Below are positions 1 through 10,397 of a stretch of DNA of 64,000 nt, in pieces. How positions within the stretch are numbered: position 1 is the first letter of the stretch; the number at the start of each line of letters is the position of its first letter. This stretch comes from an uncultured Fibrobacterota bacterium (lineage in GTDB: Bacteria; Fibrobacterota; Chitinivibrionia; Chitinivibrionales; FEN-1185), in NCBI GenBank assembly GCA_963753345.1, contig CAVWBU010000047.1, positions 96,001-160,000 on the forward strand, in the 5' to 3' direction. Under the pieces are notes generated by a model. It searched no databases, was not told the origin of the DNA, and saw only the letters and a list, made by a program, of their open reading frames with translations. The translations under genes were made by a program, and so were the position numbers.

Positions 1-1
1 G

Positions 2-1628
2 CTGGCGCTTTTCAAGGAAAACGATCTTGACGGAGCGGTCGCCGCATACAAGAAAGCGGTAAAGGCCGATCCGGCGCATTTCGAAGCGTACCTCAATCTC
101 GGCAGCGCCCACGTTGCGCGCAAGGAGCTCGAGAAGGCGCTGGCTGCGTTTACAAAGGCCGCAGACATCAAGCCGGATCTGGACGCCGCCTGGTATAATG
201 TGGGGCTTGTCTGCAGCGACCTGGGAAGGTTCGGCGATGCCCTTGAGCCGCTTTCAAAGGCGGCGGCGCTCTCGCCCTCCAAACAGGAGATATGGACGGC
301 GAAGGGCCTTGCGCTCGGCAAGCTTGACAAAAACGAAGATGCGGCGGGTTGTTTTGCAAAGGCGGCGGAGCTTTCCCCGCAGTCCTTCGACGCGTGGTAC
401 AGGCTCGGCTGCGCGCTGGAAAGCTCAACAAAATACGGCGAGGCGGTTGATGCGTTTGCAAAGGCCTCGGGGCTTTCGCCCCGCGCTGCAGACGCATGGC
501 ATCATCTCGGCCTTGCTCACGCGGCACTCGGGCAGCACGACCGGGCAATTGCCGCCTTCGGCAAGGCGGTTGCAATCGACCCATCGGCGGGCGAAACATG
601 GCACCTTCTCGGAGTTTCAAATCAGCAGGACGGCCGTTTTGAGGAAGCGGTGAGCGCCTTTCGCGAGGCGGCAAAACTGCTGCCCTCCAAGCAGGAATCG
701 TGGCACGGCGCCGGGCTGTGCAGTTATTACTTGAACAAGTATGACGATGCCATTGAGCTTCTTTCCAAGGCGAAGGATCTTTCTCCGGACGCCAAGGAAA
801 CGCTGTATACGCTCGGGCTATCCTACCACGCAAAAAGCGACTATGCTCAGGCCGCGGCCTTGTACCGCCAGACCCTGGAGCTGGCGCCCGACATGGCAAA
901 CGCCCGCATGAACCTTGCGCTGTCGCTTCACGCCCTCAAGCGCTACGAGGAGGCCGTGGCAGTGTATAGGAAGATTGCCGAAGAACAGCCAGCAAACGCC
1001 GACGTGTGGTACAACATGGGATTGGCCTGCGAAGCCCAGGGCGGCAGCGAAGAGGCCGTTTCCGCCTACGCAAAAGCGGCGGAACTCGCGCCGGACAAGA
1101 TCGCTGCGTGGACCGGCATGGGAACCATCCAGATCTCGCTCGAACGGTATGCCGACGCAATTGCGTCGTTCACCAAGGCAGTCGGGCTTCAAAGCGACAA
1201 TGCCGACGCCTGGGCGAACATCGCCCGTGCCTCGTACTATGTCGGCCGCTTCGACGAGGCCGTCGCGGCATACGCAAAAGTCAATGAGCTCAGGCCGGGC
1301 GACGCGGCCGCATGGGGCGGCCTCGGCCTCACCTACTATACAATGGGGAATTATCCGAAGGCCATCGAGGCGAGCGAGAAGGCGATTGCGATAAAGCCGG
1401 ACGAGCTCTGGATCCAGGTCAACCTTGCACTGGCCGCGGTCATGGCGCTCAACCTCGACAAGGCAAAATCGGCGTTCGGGAAGATTATCGAGCTCGCAAA
1501 AACGCCGAACGGATCTGCTGCACCCCATTGCCAACCTCAAGGAGCTTGTCGCGCGGAATCCGAACCTGGGGCCCGCGAGGGAGATACTTGCGAAACTGGA
1601 AGAGGCGTGGAAAAAATTGAAAAAATGA
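2..1628 (+). CDS. Multi-TPR repeat protein, 5'-truncated by the window; apparent +1 frameshift near 1510
   Basis: Open frame from base 2 with many TPR units (AWYRLG..A..AF.KA..L.P). After ~1510 the protein-like C-terminus DLLHPIANLKELVARNPNLGPAREILAKLEEAWKKLKK* lies in another frame ending at 1628. Confidence 0.9.
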
Positions 1629-1652
1629 CTCCCTAAGGGTAACCTGTTTTAA

Positions 1653-1733
1653 GCGGGGGAGGTTTCCCCCTCGCTCCAGCCTCCTCGGCCTGCGGCCTGC
1701 GGTGTCTTACGCTACCCCCTCCTGGGTGCACCC
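1653..1733 (+). repeat. Dispersed repeat family A, copy 1
   Basis: GGGGGAGGTTTCCCCCTCGCTCC...CGCTACCCCCTCCTGGGT, similar to the reverse complements of 14893-14996 and 23200-23294. Confidence 0.75.
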
Positions 1734-1755
1734 CTAGAAAGATTAGTTGCAAGAA

Positions 1756-1995
1756 TCAATCTTTGGTTGTGGGGGCACCCGCGGAGAGCGGGGGAATAAC
1801 AGCCACATTGACCATCGAAGTATCACCTAACCATAGTCTATACGGCAACATCCTCCCGGAACCCCACTCACCCACTACAATCCTATTTTTCTTCATTGTC
1901 AAATTCCCCTCGCTTTGCATTCTTTTCATCAATCTTGAAAATGTCTCGCTTGCCGCGCCGATCGCCTGCGCGATGTCCTTCAAAGAAATGTTCAT
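1756..1995 (-). pseudogene. Crp/Fnr-type HTH fragment (remnant or stand-alone small HTH protein)
   Basis: ISLKDIAQAIGAASETFSRLMKRMQSEGNLTMKKNRIVV matches the Crp C-terminal wHTH pattern (IA..IG...ET.SR.....EG). No cNMP-binding domain upstream. Confidence 0.55.
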
Positions 1996-2097
1996 GTGAC
2001 TCCGGATATTCTGCAATCTTGATAAGACAGCGCGTGCATTTTGAGTATTTTATAGGTCGGTCACTACGTTCACGTTCGGCGGGCAGGTAACCGGTTC

Positions 2098-2985
2098 ATG
2101 AAAACATCATCCATTCTCGAGCTCATCGGCAACACGCCGCTTGTCGGCCTCAGGGGCGAACTCGTGGTTGCCAAAGCGGAATTCCTCAATCCCGGCGGCA
2201 GCATCAAGGACAGAATTGCGCTTGCCATGATCGAGACCGCGGAAAAAGACGGCTCGCTTGTTAAGGGCGCAAAGATCGTGGAACCCACGTCGGGCAACAC
2301 CGGCATCGGCATCACCATGGTGGGCGTGGCAAAGGGATACGAGGTGTACATTTTCATGCCGGAGGGGATGAGCCAGGAGCGCAAGAATATCATCCGCGTG
2401 CTGGGCGGCACGCTTATGCTCACGCCCGACGCTGAGGGCGTGGCGGGCGCGGTAAGCGCAGCGGAAAAATTCGCCAAGGAAAACAACGCGTTCGTGCCCA
2501 ACCAATTCAAGAACCCGGCGAACCCGCGGGTGCACTACGAAACCACGGCTCCCGAGCTCTGGCGTCAGACCGGGGGCGACATCGGCGCGTTTGTTTCCGG
2601 TATCGGGAGCGGCGGGACGCTTCAGGGCGTAGGAACATTCCTGAAGGAAAAAAACAAGGATGTCATCCTTGTGGCCGTGGAGCCCGCCAACAAATCCGCG
2701 CTGCTGGGCCACGAGCCGGGCCTGCACGCTATTCAGGGCATCGGCGACGGATTCATTCCGGACGTGCTCGATGTTTCCATTGTGGACAGAATTGTCGAAG
2801 TGACCGACGATGATGCAATAGGTACCACGCGGGAATTGGCGAAATCAAATTCTTTGCTTGTGGGAACCTCGTCCGGCGCCAACGTGTGGGCGGCCAGGAA
2901 GATTGCGAGAGAAAATCCCGGCCTCTTCGTGGCGACCGTACTGCCGGACAGGGCGGAACGGTATTTCAGCACAGGCCTGTTGTAG
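2098..2985 (+). CDS. cysK: Cysteine synthase A
   Basis: IGNTPLV, NPGGSIKDR (PLP lysine), EPTSGNTGIG, GSGGT, QGIG motifs. Confidence 0.93.
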   Translation: MKTSSILELIGNTPLVGLRGELVVAKAEFLNPGGSIKDRIALAMIETAEKDGSLVKGAKIVEPTSGNTGIGITMVGVAKGYEVYIFMPEGMSQERKNIIRVLGGTLMLTPDAEGVAGAVSAAEKFAKENNAFVPNQFKNPANPRVHYETTAPELWRQTGGDIGAFVSGIGSGGTLQGVGTFLKEKNKDVILVAVEPANKSALLGHEPGLHAIQGIGDGFIPDVLDVSIVDRIVEVTDDDAIGTTRELAKSNSLLVGTSSGANVWAARKIARENPGLFVATVLPDRAERYFSTGLL

Positions 2986-3451
2986 CTCGCCGCATTTGTT
3001 CTTCTCATTTGTGCGGCTTGTTGACCTCAGGTTCCGCAGACCACGGTAATCACCTGAAATACAATCAGTAACATTGGCGGAAAAATCAAGACGCATCCTT
3101 CTTCGGGGTGACCACGCCTCACTGCGGCATTATTTTCTTATTCTTGAAATTCCTGAATTGCTTTCCTAATATTGATGAGAAATAGTGGTTCTTCCAGGAT
3201 ATCGCACAGGATTTGCTTTAGAAAAGGATGCCTGATGTGTTCTGTAGGACCTCAACTCCAAAACAAACCACTGGATCTGCTCCTTTGCGCATGGGCACAC
3301 CCTTGAGGATGTTCTAATGGCAGTAATCAATTTTCATTGGCTCCCTCATCATATATTGATTATATTTTACTGCAAGAGGGCAGCCGCATAAGAATCGTTC
3401 ATTTATGCGGATAAGCCGTGATGGTGTTTCGTTGCGAAAGGAGAGTACGAG

Positions 3452-5797
3452 GTGAACAAGATTTTCCAGACCGTCGCCAAAGCAACCCCGGTAATGATGG
3501 TTCTCGCGTTGTTCTGCTCCAATCCGGTAAAGGATGTTGCATGGCGCACCAGCATCGACCTGCCCATTACGGCCAACAAAAAATTCATTCTCGCCGCAAT
3601 GATGGACACCCTTTTCTTCAATAAACAGCAGGTGCTGACAACCACCACCTACGACACCATCAAGGTGCCGGGGAAGCCGGACAGTATCGCGAAGATCATC
3701 GACACCACTATGATGATTATGAAGGCATACCCTTTATATGATTCGGCAACCAAGAAGACCATACCGGACACTGTCGCTTTCGGCATTCCCACCCGGGACA
3801 CGGTGCAGGACACGATCAGTGAAGACAGCCTGGCGGACAAATACTATTCGGACCTTTTCGGCCCCCTTCCACTGTCCGGAGCTCCCAACGACACCATAAC
3901 GGTTCCGTTGACAGGCAACTACACCGCCAACACTCAGATCGCCACGCCGGCAACGCCAGTGACGCTCCAATTGGTGTATCATATCGAGCTCAAAGACACT
4001 CCCCAGACCGCGAATGTGACGGTCGTCAACAATTCTTCTGCAGATTTTGGCAGTGTTGCCATTACCGCAGGCAACCTTGGCACATCCACGGTAACCAATT
4101 TGGCGCACAACACAAGCGATACCGCACAATTCGATGCACGCGCCAAGATAATAGACAGCGTGATGATGGTGTCGGTTACCGTCACCCCTTCCACAACCGG
4201 GTCATTTGCCGCCGGAGGCACCGACAACCTGCAGGTCATCCTTTCGTTTAACGGCCTTGTTGCAAACAAGGTGGTGGCGAAGGATTCTCTGCTTGTCAAT
4301 TATCACCGCGTCTTTACAAATGCTTATAAGCTTACCGACACCGTGAGCGTGTACTACATCGATATCCTGAAGGGGTTTTTCAACTACCTGGTCACCAACA
4401 ATACTAGCCTTGAGTTGAATATGCTGGTAAACCACAGAAACCTGTGGACCACCGATTACGCCGCACGCCATATTCCTCCTCTCGATTCGGTGGCCGGCCT
4501 TGTCGGCCTTACCCTCAACGATTCCAATGAAGGATACGAGGGAGCAATCACGCCTCAAGTAGTCGTCATTCCGCCCAACCAGACCGCCAAGGTGACCTCC
4601 AAGGAAAACCTGTCCGGCTACCGGATGTTTCCGGAATGGGAATGGAATACCTACGATAACGATAGTGAATCGGTGACAAAAGTCGACTACGACATCACTG
4701 TAGCTGCGCACGGAACACGGGTGACGCTCAATGCGGGCGACTCGCTCAATTTCATTATTCGTACAACGTCGTTCAAGTTCGACAAGATGTACGGCGTGTC
4801 CATGCTTCCCTACCACAGAAAGAGCGATCCCAAGAACATCCCCGTCTCGCTTCCCTGGAGCAAGTCCGTCACGGATTCGCTGCGCAATAATTTTATTCTC
4901 CAGAGAGTCCTTGCAAAAGTGACGACGAACATGAACATCCCCGCCGGAGCGTACATCGACACCATGCACGTCTATTACACTATCTCCAGCACCACCGACA
5001 CTACCAAAACCGTCTCGGATTCGGAAATCTTCTCCCCGGTGACGCGAGATTCTACGTACGTGCGGTCCCTCGACATTACCCAGGTGGTCAATAACTATCC
5101 CGATTCGGTGAGGATAAAAGTCTCGGCCACGGTCCCCAACGCCACAACTCTGATGGCGGTAAACGATCTTACCGTGCCGACGGATGCCGATTACACCAAA
5201 TATGTGGGACGGATGATCATCCACGCACAGGCGAACTATAACCTGGTGGCTGCTCTCTGGTGGACGGTTGCCGACACCACGGTGATGGACCTCGGCGGCA
5301 CAAGGGTCGATCTGGGCGGCGCAGGCGGCGTGCTCGATTTCGTTGAGAAAATGCGCGACCGTCACGACAGCCTCAACATCAAGGTCACCAATTTCACCAA
5401 CGTGGACCTCAAATTGTACTCTCTCATCGCCACCGATACGTCCAAAATAGCTGCGCTCGTGGACACCAATAATGCGGGCTACATATCCACCAACGACTTT
5501 ACTGCTCTCATCAACAACCCGACGGCTGGCTTTGTCAACCTTCTCGGCAGCGGCGTGTGGATTCCGCCGAGAGATTCCACCCAATCCGTGGAGAACACCA
5601 TTCGCATAAACGACGCGGACCTTACCAAGCTTGTGAATGCCAAAAAAATCGGCATGCGCTGGGAAGTGCGGTTTTTGCCCCATCCCGCAACTGCCACGTC
5701 GCCGGTGCCGGACGCGCTCTCCAACACCGATTGGCTCAAGCTCAATTCCTGGATTCATGTAGACGGGGTCAACAGCATTGATTCGCTGTTACAATAG
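3452..5797 (+). CDS. Large Thr/Val-rich beta-strand hypothetical protein, probable lipoprotein
   Basis: 781-aa ORF with RBS (GGAG/GAGG) and N-terminus ...VMMVLALF-C-SNP. No recognised catalytic motif. Confidence 0.75.
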   Translation: MNKIFQTVAKATPVMMVLALFCSNPVKDVAWRTSIDLPITANKKFILAAMMDTLFFNKQQVLTTTTYDTIKVPGKPDSIAKIIDTTMMIMKAYPLYDSATKKTIPDTVAFGIPTRDTVQDTISEDSLADKYYSDLFGPLPLSGAPNDTITVPLTGNYTANTQIATPATPVTLQLVYHIELKDTPQTANVTVVNNSSADFGSVAITAGNLGTSTVTNLAHNTSDTAQFDARAKIIDSVMMVSVTVTPSTTGSFAAGGTDNLQVILSFNGLVANKVVAKDSLLVNYHRVFTNAYKLTDTVSVYYIDILKGFFNYLVTNNTSLELNMLVNHRNLWTTDYAARHIPPLDSVAGLVGLTLNDSNEGYEGAITPQVVVIPPNQTAKVTSKENLSGYRMFPEWEWNTYDNDSESVTKVDYDITVAAHGTRVTLNAGDSLNFIIRTTSFKFDKMYGVSMLPYHRKSDPKNIPVSLPWSKSVTDSLRNNFILQRVLAKVTTNMNIPAGAYIDTMHVYYTISSTTDTTKTVSDSEIFSPVTRDSTYVRSLDITQVVNNYPDSVRIKVSATVPNATTLMAVNDLTVPTDADYTKYVGRMIIHAQANYNLVAALWWTVADTTVMDLGGTRVDLGGAGGVLDFVEKMRDRHDSLNIKVTNFTNVDLKLYSLIATDTSKIAALVDTNNAGYISTNDFTALINNPTAGFVNLLGSGVWIPPRDSTQSVENTIRINDADLTKLVNAKKIGMRWEVRFLPHPATATSPVPDALSNTDWLKLNSWIHVDGVNSIDSLLQ

Positions 5798-5861
5798 CAA
5801 CCATTGGGATTTTCGACGCGCCCTTAAAGGCAACAGACCGATAGAAAGAGGTGCATGGGTA

Positions 5862-8309
5862 ATGAACTCCGCACAAAAGCTGGCAATCGCTATTTTGTTC
5901 GCTGCGCCGGTTATCACGCTTGCAGCCGTAGACAACAACCCCATAAGCGCCGGAACCACCACGGGCCGCAACGTAACAGGGAGCGGTCCTGAGGCCACGT
6001 TTGGGAACCCGGCCCTGCTCGGATGCGACCGCAATCCATGGGGCGGATTGCTCCTCCTCCCCATCACCGATTACGGCATGGGCCTCTGGAGCGACAAGCT
6101 GGCCCTTTCGCCTTTCACCTTCCTGGGGCACGTGCCCACCGACTCGGCAAGCACCAAGGAGTTTATCAAGGAGGTGATGGCCAACAGCTTCAACCTTTCC
6201 GACAACACAACGCCCGACCAAACCTCCCAGAAAATGACTGACCTGTTCAAGGGCGGGACATCAATCTACAGCGGCTTCCGCACATCCCTCCTGTCCTTCG
6301 CTTACAGAAGGATTGCGTTCGACGTCACCACGCACATGGACGAGGAACTGCACATCCCCGAAGGGGCGCTTGATCTGCTTTTTTCCGCGACCAGGGGCCT
6401 TCAGCGCGGCAATACGCTTGACTTCAGCGACTTTAATCAGGATGGAATCTGGGCCACCGATTTTACTCTGCAGCTCGGCCTGCCGGTCACCATTCCGGCC
6501 TTGCATAAATTTTTCAACCTGCGGTACGGCGCGGGCGGCGTGGGCGTCAAATATGTAATGGGACACAGCATGATGCAGGCATGGGCGGATAAGGGCACAA
6601 CCGTCTCCTACGATTCCGTCAACAATGTCCTCAAGATGGACGGCCATATTCACGTGCAGAGCGCCGGCACAGGGCTGCACGGGCCATGGGAATGGCAGAA
6701 CCCTTTTGACAACGGTTTTCCCGTAAACGGCCACGGCATAGGCGTCGACGCTGGCGGCATCCTCTACGACAAGGACGCTGCTCTGTCAATTAATATTCAG
6801 AACTTAGGCGTTCTGTTCTGGACCAACAATGTCAAGGCGCATACCTACGATTTCAAAAAAGACAACCTTGACATGTACAGCCTTATCAGCGGAATAAGCT
6901 CGAAAGGCAAGGGCGACAGTGCGATCTATTCTCTTTTCGACAGAAACGCCGGTGAAAATTTCCCCACATACAGCGACTCCCTCAGCAATCCTCCCAGCGC
7001 GATCACCACGTGGCTGCCGCTTACTCTCAATATCGGCTATGCGCGGATTTTCGATTTCCGGAAAGCCGACAACAAGAAACTGTACATCTTGGCCGATTAC
7101 GCCAATGTTGCCGTCAATTACGAGCAGGAGCTCACCCCCGGACCCGGCCGCTCTTACATACCGCGTCTCTCCATCGGCTCGGAACTGGCGTTTCTCCACA
7201 ACTTCTGGCCTTTGCGAATGGGATTCGTGATGGGAGGACCGGAGCAATGGGCGTCGGCCCTCGGCATGGGATTCAATTTCCGGTATTTCTCGATCCAGGG
7301 AGCGTATAAAGCCATCGGCAACTGGTGGTTCACGCCCACGCGCGGGTTCGAAGTGGCGGCGGGCCTCAACATCAATTGGGGCGTCAAGCCGAAACCCGAG
7401 CCGGTGGCGCCAAAACCCCAGCCGGTGGTGAGCAAGTGCCTGTTTACTCCTCCTGCAGGGTTTACCGGCATGCTTGACAAAGACGGATGCCCTGACCCGG
7501 ACGTGGACAAAGACAGCCTCTGCGATCCATGGGTTTCCGAGTTGCACAAGGACTCTCTCTACGCAAAGGTATGCCACGGCGTCGACAAGTGCCCGAACGC
7601 GCCGGAAGACTACGACGGTTTCCAGGACAAAGACGGCTGCCCGGATTACGACAACGATCAGGACGGCATTCCTGATACGCTTGACAAATGCCCGAACGAG
7701 CCAGAAGACATAGACGGGTTCGAAGACCAGGACGGGTGCCCGGACTACGACAACGACAAGGACGGCATCCCGGACACGCTCGACAAATGTCCGAACGAGC
7801 CAGAAACATACAACGGCTACAAGGACGACGACGGCTGCCCGGACACGCTGCCCAAGCCCACGGTGAAGGAAGAGAAGGCGCTCAACAAGGCGCTGCGCGC
7901 GATCAACTTCAAGACAGCGAGCGCCGAACTCACCACCGATTCGTACACGGCGCTCATGCAGATCGCGGCCTTCCTCAAACAGTATCCGTACCTGCGGTAC
8001 GAGGTGCAGGGCCATACCGATTCTCGCGGCAACGACAACTACAACCTCCTGCTCTCCGCGGCACGCGCCGGGTCGGTGAGGTTCTACCTTGTCGGCCAGC
8101 AGGGCATCCCGGATTCGACTCTCATCGCCATCGGGTACGGCAAGACGCGACCTATTGCCACGAACAGCACGGCTCAGGGTCGCGCGCTTAACCGCCGCGT
8201 GGAGTTCAAGGTGATCGACACCAAGGAAGACTACCAGAGGCTCAAGCTCCTTGAGGCCGATTTCAAGGACAGGGTGAAGGCGGCGCAGATCAAGGGCGTC
8301 AAGTACTAG
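5862..8309 (+). CDS. Outer membrane protein: DUF5723/FadL-like barrel, thrombospondin type 3 repeats and OmpA C-terminal domain
   Basis: Signal peptide; GNPALLG barrel N-terminal motif; repeated DKCPN.PED.DGF.D.DGCPD; OmpA motifs VQGHTDSRG, NLLLSAARA, GYGKTRP, NRRVEF. Confidence 0.85.
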   Translation: MNSAQKLAIAILFAAPVITLAAVDNNPISAGTTTGRNVTGSGPEATFGNPALLGCDRNPWGGLLLLPITDYGMGLWSDKLALSPFTFLGHVPTDSASTKEFIKEVMANSFNLSDNTTPDQTSQKMTDLFKGGTSIYSGFRTSLLSFAYRRIAFDVTTHMDEELHIPEGALDLLFSATRGLQRGNTLDFSDFNQDGIWATDFTLQLGLPVTIPALHKFFNLRYGAGGVGVKYVMGHSMMQAWADKGTTVSYDSVNNVLKMDGHIHVQSAGTGLHGPWEWQNPFDNGFPVNGHGIGVDAGGILYDKDAALSINIQNLGVLFWTNNVKAHTYDFKKDNLDMYSLISGISSKGKGDSAIYSLFDRNAGENFPTYSDSLSNPPSAITTWLPLTLNIGYARIFDFRKADNKKLYILADYANVAVNYEQELTPGPGRSYIPRLSIGSELAFLHNFWPLRMGFVMGGPEQWASALGMGFNFRYFSIQGAYKAIGNWWFTPTRGFEVAAGLNINWGVKPKPEPVAPKPQPVVSKCLFTPPAGFTGMLDKDGCPDPDVDKDSLCDPWVSELHKDSLYAKVCHGVDKCPNAPEDYDGFQDKDGCPDYDNDQDGIPDTLDKCPNEPEDIDGFEDQDGCPDYDNDKDGIPDTLDKCPNEPETYNGYKDDDGCPDTLPKPTVKEEKALNKALRAINFKTASAELTTDSYTALMQIAAFLKQYPYLRYEVQGHTDSRGNDNYNLLLSAARAGSVRFYLVGQQGIPDSTLIAIGYGKTRPIATNSTAQGRALNRRVEFKVIDTKEDYQRLKLLEADFKDRVKAAQIKGVKY
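7583..7845 (+). repeat. Intragenic ~99-bp (33-aa) TSP3-like tandem repeats
   Basis: Three near-identical units GACAA(A/G)TG(C/T)CCGAAC...GACGG(C/G)TGCCCGGA. Confidence 0.85.
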
Positions 8310-8478
8310 AAAGCAACCGCCCGGTCGCGGCGGAACCAGGGGGAGAGGTGCAATGCACCTCTCCCCCTTTTCATTTATACTTGCCGATCGACAGCGATGC
8401 AAACCAAGCGAGGTGCCGTGCAATCGGGCGAGCCGCATTGTATTTTTTCAGCAGAACCAAAATCACGCGGAGGACAGG

Positions 8479-9069
8479 ATGAACATTTCAGCGTTCCGGG
8501 CAATTGCCGTCTCTATGGCCCTGTTTTCCGCCGCTTCGCTCGCGGCGGAGGCGGGCGCGCCGGTGCAGATCGAACCGACCATCCAGAACTATTCAAAGCT
8601 CTTCACTCAAAAGCTTTCCAAGAAATTCTTCGTGGGCGATGTTATTGACAAAAGAAAGAACGCCGGAGCGGATTCGGTGGGCGCCACCCGCACCGGACGA
8701 TTCGAAATGTCGCCCCTGCGGTGCAAACCCCTGCCGAGCGCGATACTCCAACAATCGCTCACGGGAATGTTTCGCGAGCTCGGAGCCCTGGCCGAAGACG
8801 GGAAAGGCGCGGATTTTCTGGTGAATGCGGAATTGCTGGAATATGGCCTGGAGGAAACCAACAAGGTGTTTTCGCAGCAGATCAAGGCGACCATCAAGTT
8901 CCGCGTCATGATCAAGACCGCGGCGTCGGGCGCACTTGTCAACCAATTCGTGATACGGGCCGAAGATTCCCGCTCGGCAATGGACACCACGCCTTTTGCG
9001 GTGAAGGTTGCCGCAAATGCTATGGTGTCGGGCCTACAGAGCCTGCTTGAAAGCCTCGCTACGCTGTAA
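8479..9069 (+). CDS. Secreted hypothetical protein (YajG-like fold possible)
   Basis: GGAGG RBS, signal peptide, V.DKR motif. Confidence 0.65.
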   Translation: MNISAFRAIAVSMALFSAASLAAEAGAPVQIEPTIQNYSKLFTQKLSKKFFVGDVIDKRKNAGADSVGATRTGRFEMSPLRCKPLPSAILQQSLTGMFRELGALAEDGKGADFLVNAELLEYGLEETNKVFSQQIKATIKFRVMIKTAASGALVNQFVIRAEDSRSAMDTTPFAVKVAANAMVSGLQSLLESLATL

Positions 9070-9072
9070 CTA

Positions 9073-10284
9073 CTATCCTGTCACTGAAATGGCCCCGCGC
9101 AGCGCCGAAACCGGCTGCGCAGGCCCTGCCTGGATGATCGCGCGGGCGGCGTCGCATTTGTCCCAGACGTTAAACAGAAGCACGCCGACGCACCTGTTGT
9201 TCTTCACGTAATAGATAACGCCCTTTTCGTGTTCCTTCTGCCAGTCTTCAATCGTGTCGAAAGAAGGATTGACGTCGCCCACCGCCTCATAACCGTATTC
9301 AAACAAATCCGAGAAGAAATACGGCATGTGTGCGTAAGCCTCCTGCGCGCCCGCCATGTTCCGGCCTGCGAGGCGTCCCTGGGATACGGCGTTGTCCCAA
9401 TGCTCCACGCGCATGAGCGAGGAGAGGGCGTGATACGGAAAACGCGCCACGTCTCCCGCGGCATAAACGTCCGGATCGGACGTCTGCAGATGCTCGTTGA
9501 CGACAATGCCGTTGTCGCACAAAAGCCCGGCGCGTTCCGCGATTTCGCTCGACGGCCGCATTCCGATGCCGGCAATAATGCAGTCGGTGGCTATTGCTTC
9601 CCCCCGGAGCGTCCTGGCCGCGGGCCGCGCGCCGGTCAAGTCAAAACCCAGAGGTTTATCTTCCGTCAACATCCTGATCCCGGCGCGCGCGAAGCGGGCA
9701 AGCACCGCCTTTCCAAGCGAGGCGGGAAAAACCGATGCGCACGGATATCGTTCGGGAAACACCATGGTGACGCCCACGCCGCAGGCAGACAGGACCGCGG
9801 CCATCTCGGAGCCTATGAACCCTCCGCCCGCGACGACGACCGATTTTCCGGGCACAAGCTCCTTCTTGAGGCTCACGTAGTCGTCCAAGTACCGATAGTA
9901 ATTGATGCCCGCCTGACCGCCGGAAAAAGTCCGGGGCGTTCCGCCGGTGGCGATGAGCAGCGAGGTATACGAATACACGGCTCCGCTTGCGCACGCAACG
10001 GTCTTGTTGCGTGCGTCAAGCTTTTCGGCCGGGTTGCCGTTAACAAGGGAGACCCCGTTGTCCTCGTAGTAGCCGACCGGATTTACGAAGATGTCGCCGA
10101 CGGCCTTCTTGCCGAGCCAGAGCCCCTTGGAAAGCGGGGGCCGGTGATACGGAAGGTGGGGTTCGCTGCACAGCAGAAGAATGGTGCCGCTTTTGTCAAC
10201 GTCCCTGATGCCGGCAATCGCAGACGCGCCCGCAACCCCGCCGCCGACAATTATGTACGTAAAGAAGTTTTCGTTGGTCGCCAC
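9073..10284 (-). CDS. FAD-dependent pyridine nucleotide-disulfide oxidoreductase (ferredoxin reductase-like)
   Basis: GGGVAG, PYHRPPLSK, ATGG, GGGFIGSE, TSDPDVYAAGD, RVEHWDNA, PYFFSD. Confidence 0.9.
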   Translation of the reverse strand: MATNENFFTYIIVGGGVAGASAIAGIRDVDKSGTILLLCSEPHLPYHRPPLSKGLWLGKKAVGDIFVNPVGYYEDNGVSLVNGNPAEKLDARNKTVACASGAVYSYTSLLIATGGTPRTFSGGQAGINYYRYLDDYVSLKKELVPGKSVVVAGGGFIGSEMAAVLSACGVGVTMVFPERYPCASVFPASLGKAVLARFARAGIRMLTEDKPLGFDLTGARPAARTLRGEAIATDCIIAGIGMRPSSEIAERAGLLCDNGIVVNEHLQTSDPDVYAAGDVARFPYHALSSLMRVEHWDNAVSQGRLAGRNMAGAQEAYAHMPYFFSDLFEYGYEAVGDVNPSFDTIEDWQKEHEKGVIYYVKNNRCVGVLLFNVWDKCDAARAIIQAGPAQPVSALRGAISVTG

Positions 10285-10397
10285 TGCTCGCCTCCTTATT
10301 GGCTATCTACGCAGGAAAACGCACCGCAGGCAAAATAACGGATGCAGACACGCAGAAGGTTTACCCCCGGGGCGGCCGCTCCGCCAGGCACGGTCCT

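Noticed and set aside
2990..3400. AT-rich spacer after cysK with a protein-like minus-strand stretch (HPFLKQILCDILEEPLFLINIRKAIQEFQE*) preceded by in-frame TGA
   Set aside because: No start or RBS and several stops. This is not enough to call a gene, selenoprotein or riboswitch.
7583..7845. Regularly spaced repeats resembling a CRISPR array
   Set aside because: They are in-frame coding TSP3 repeats, with no unique spacers and no cas genes.
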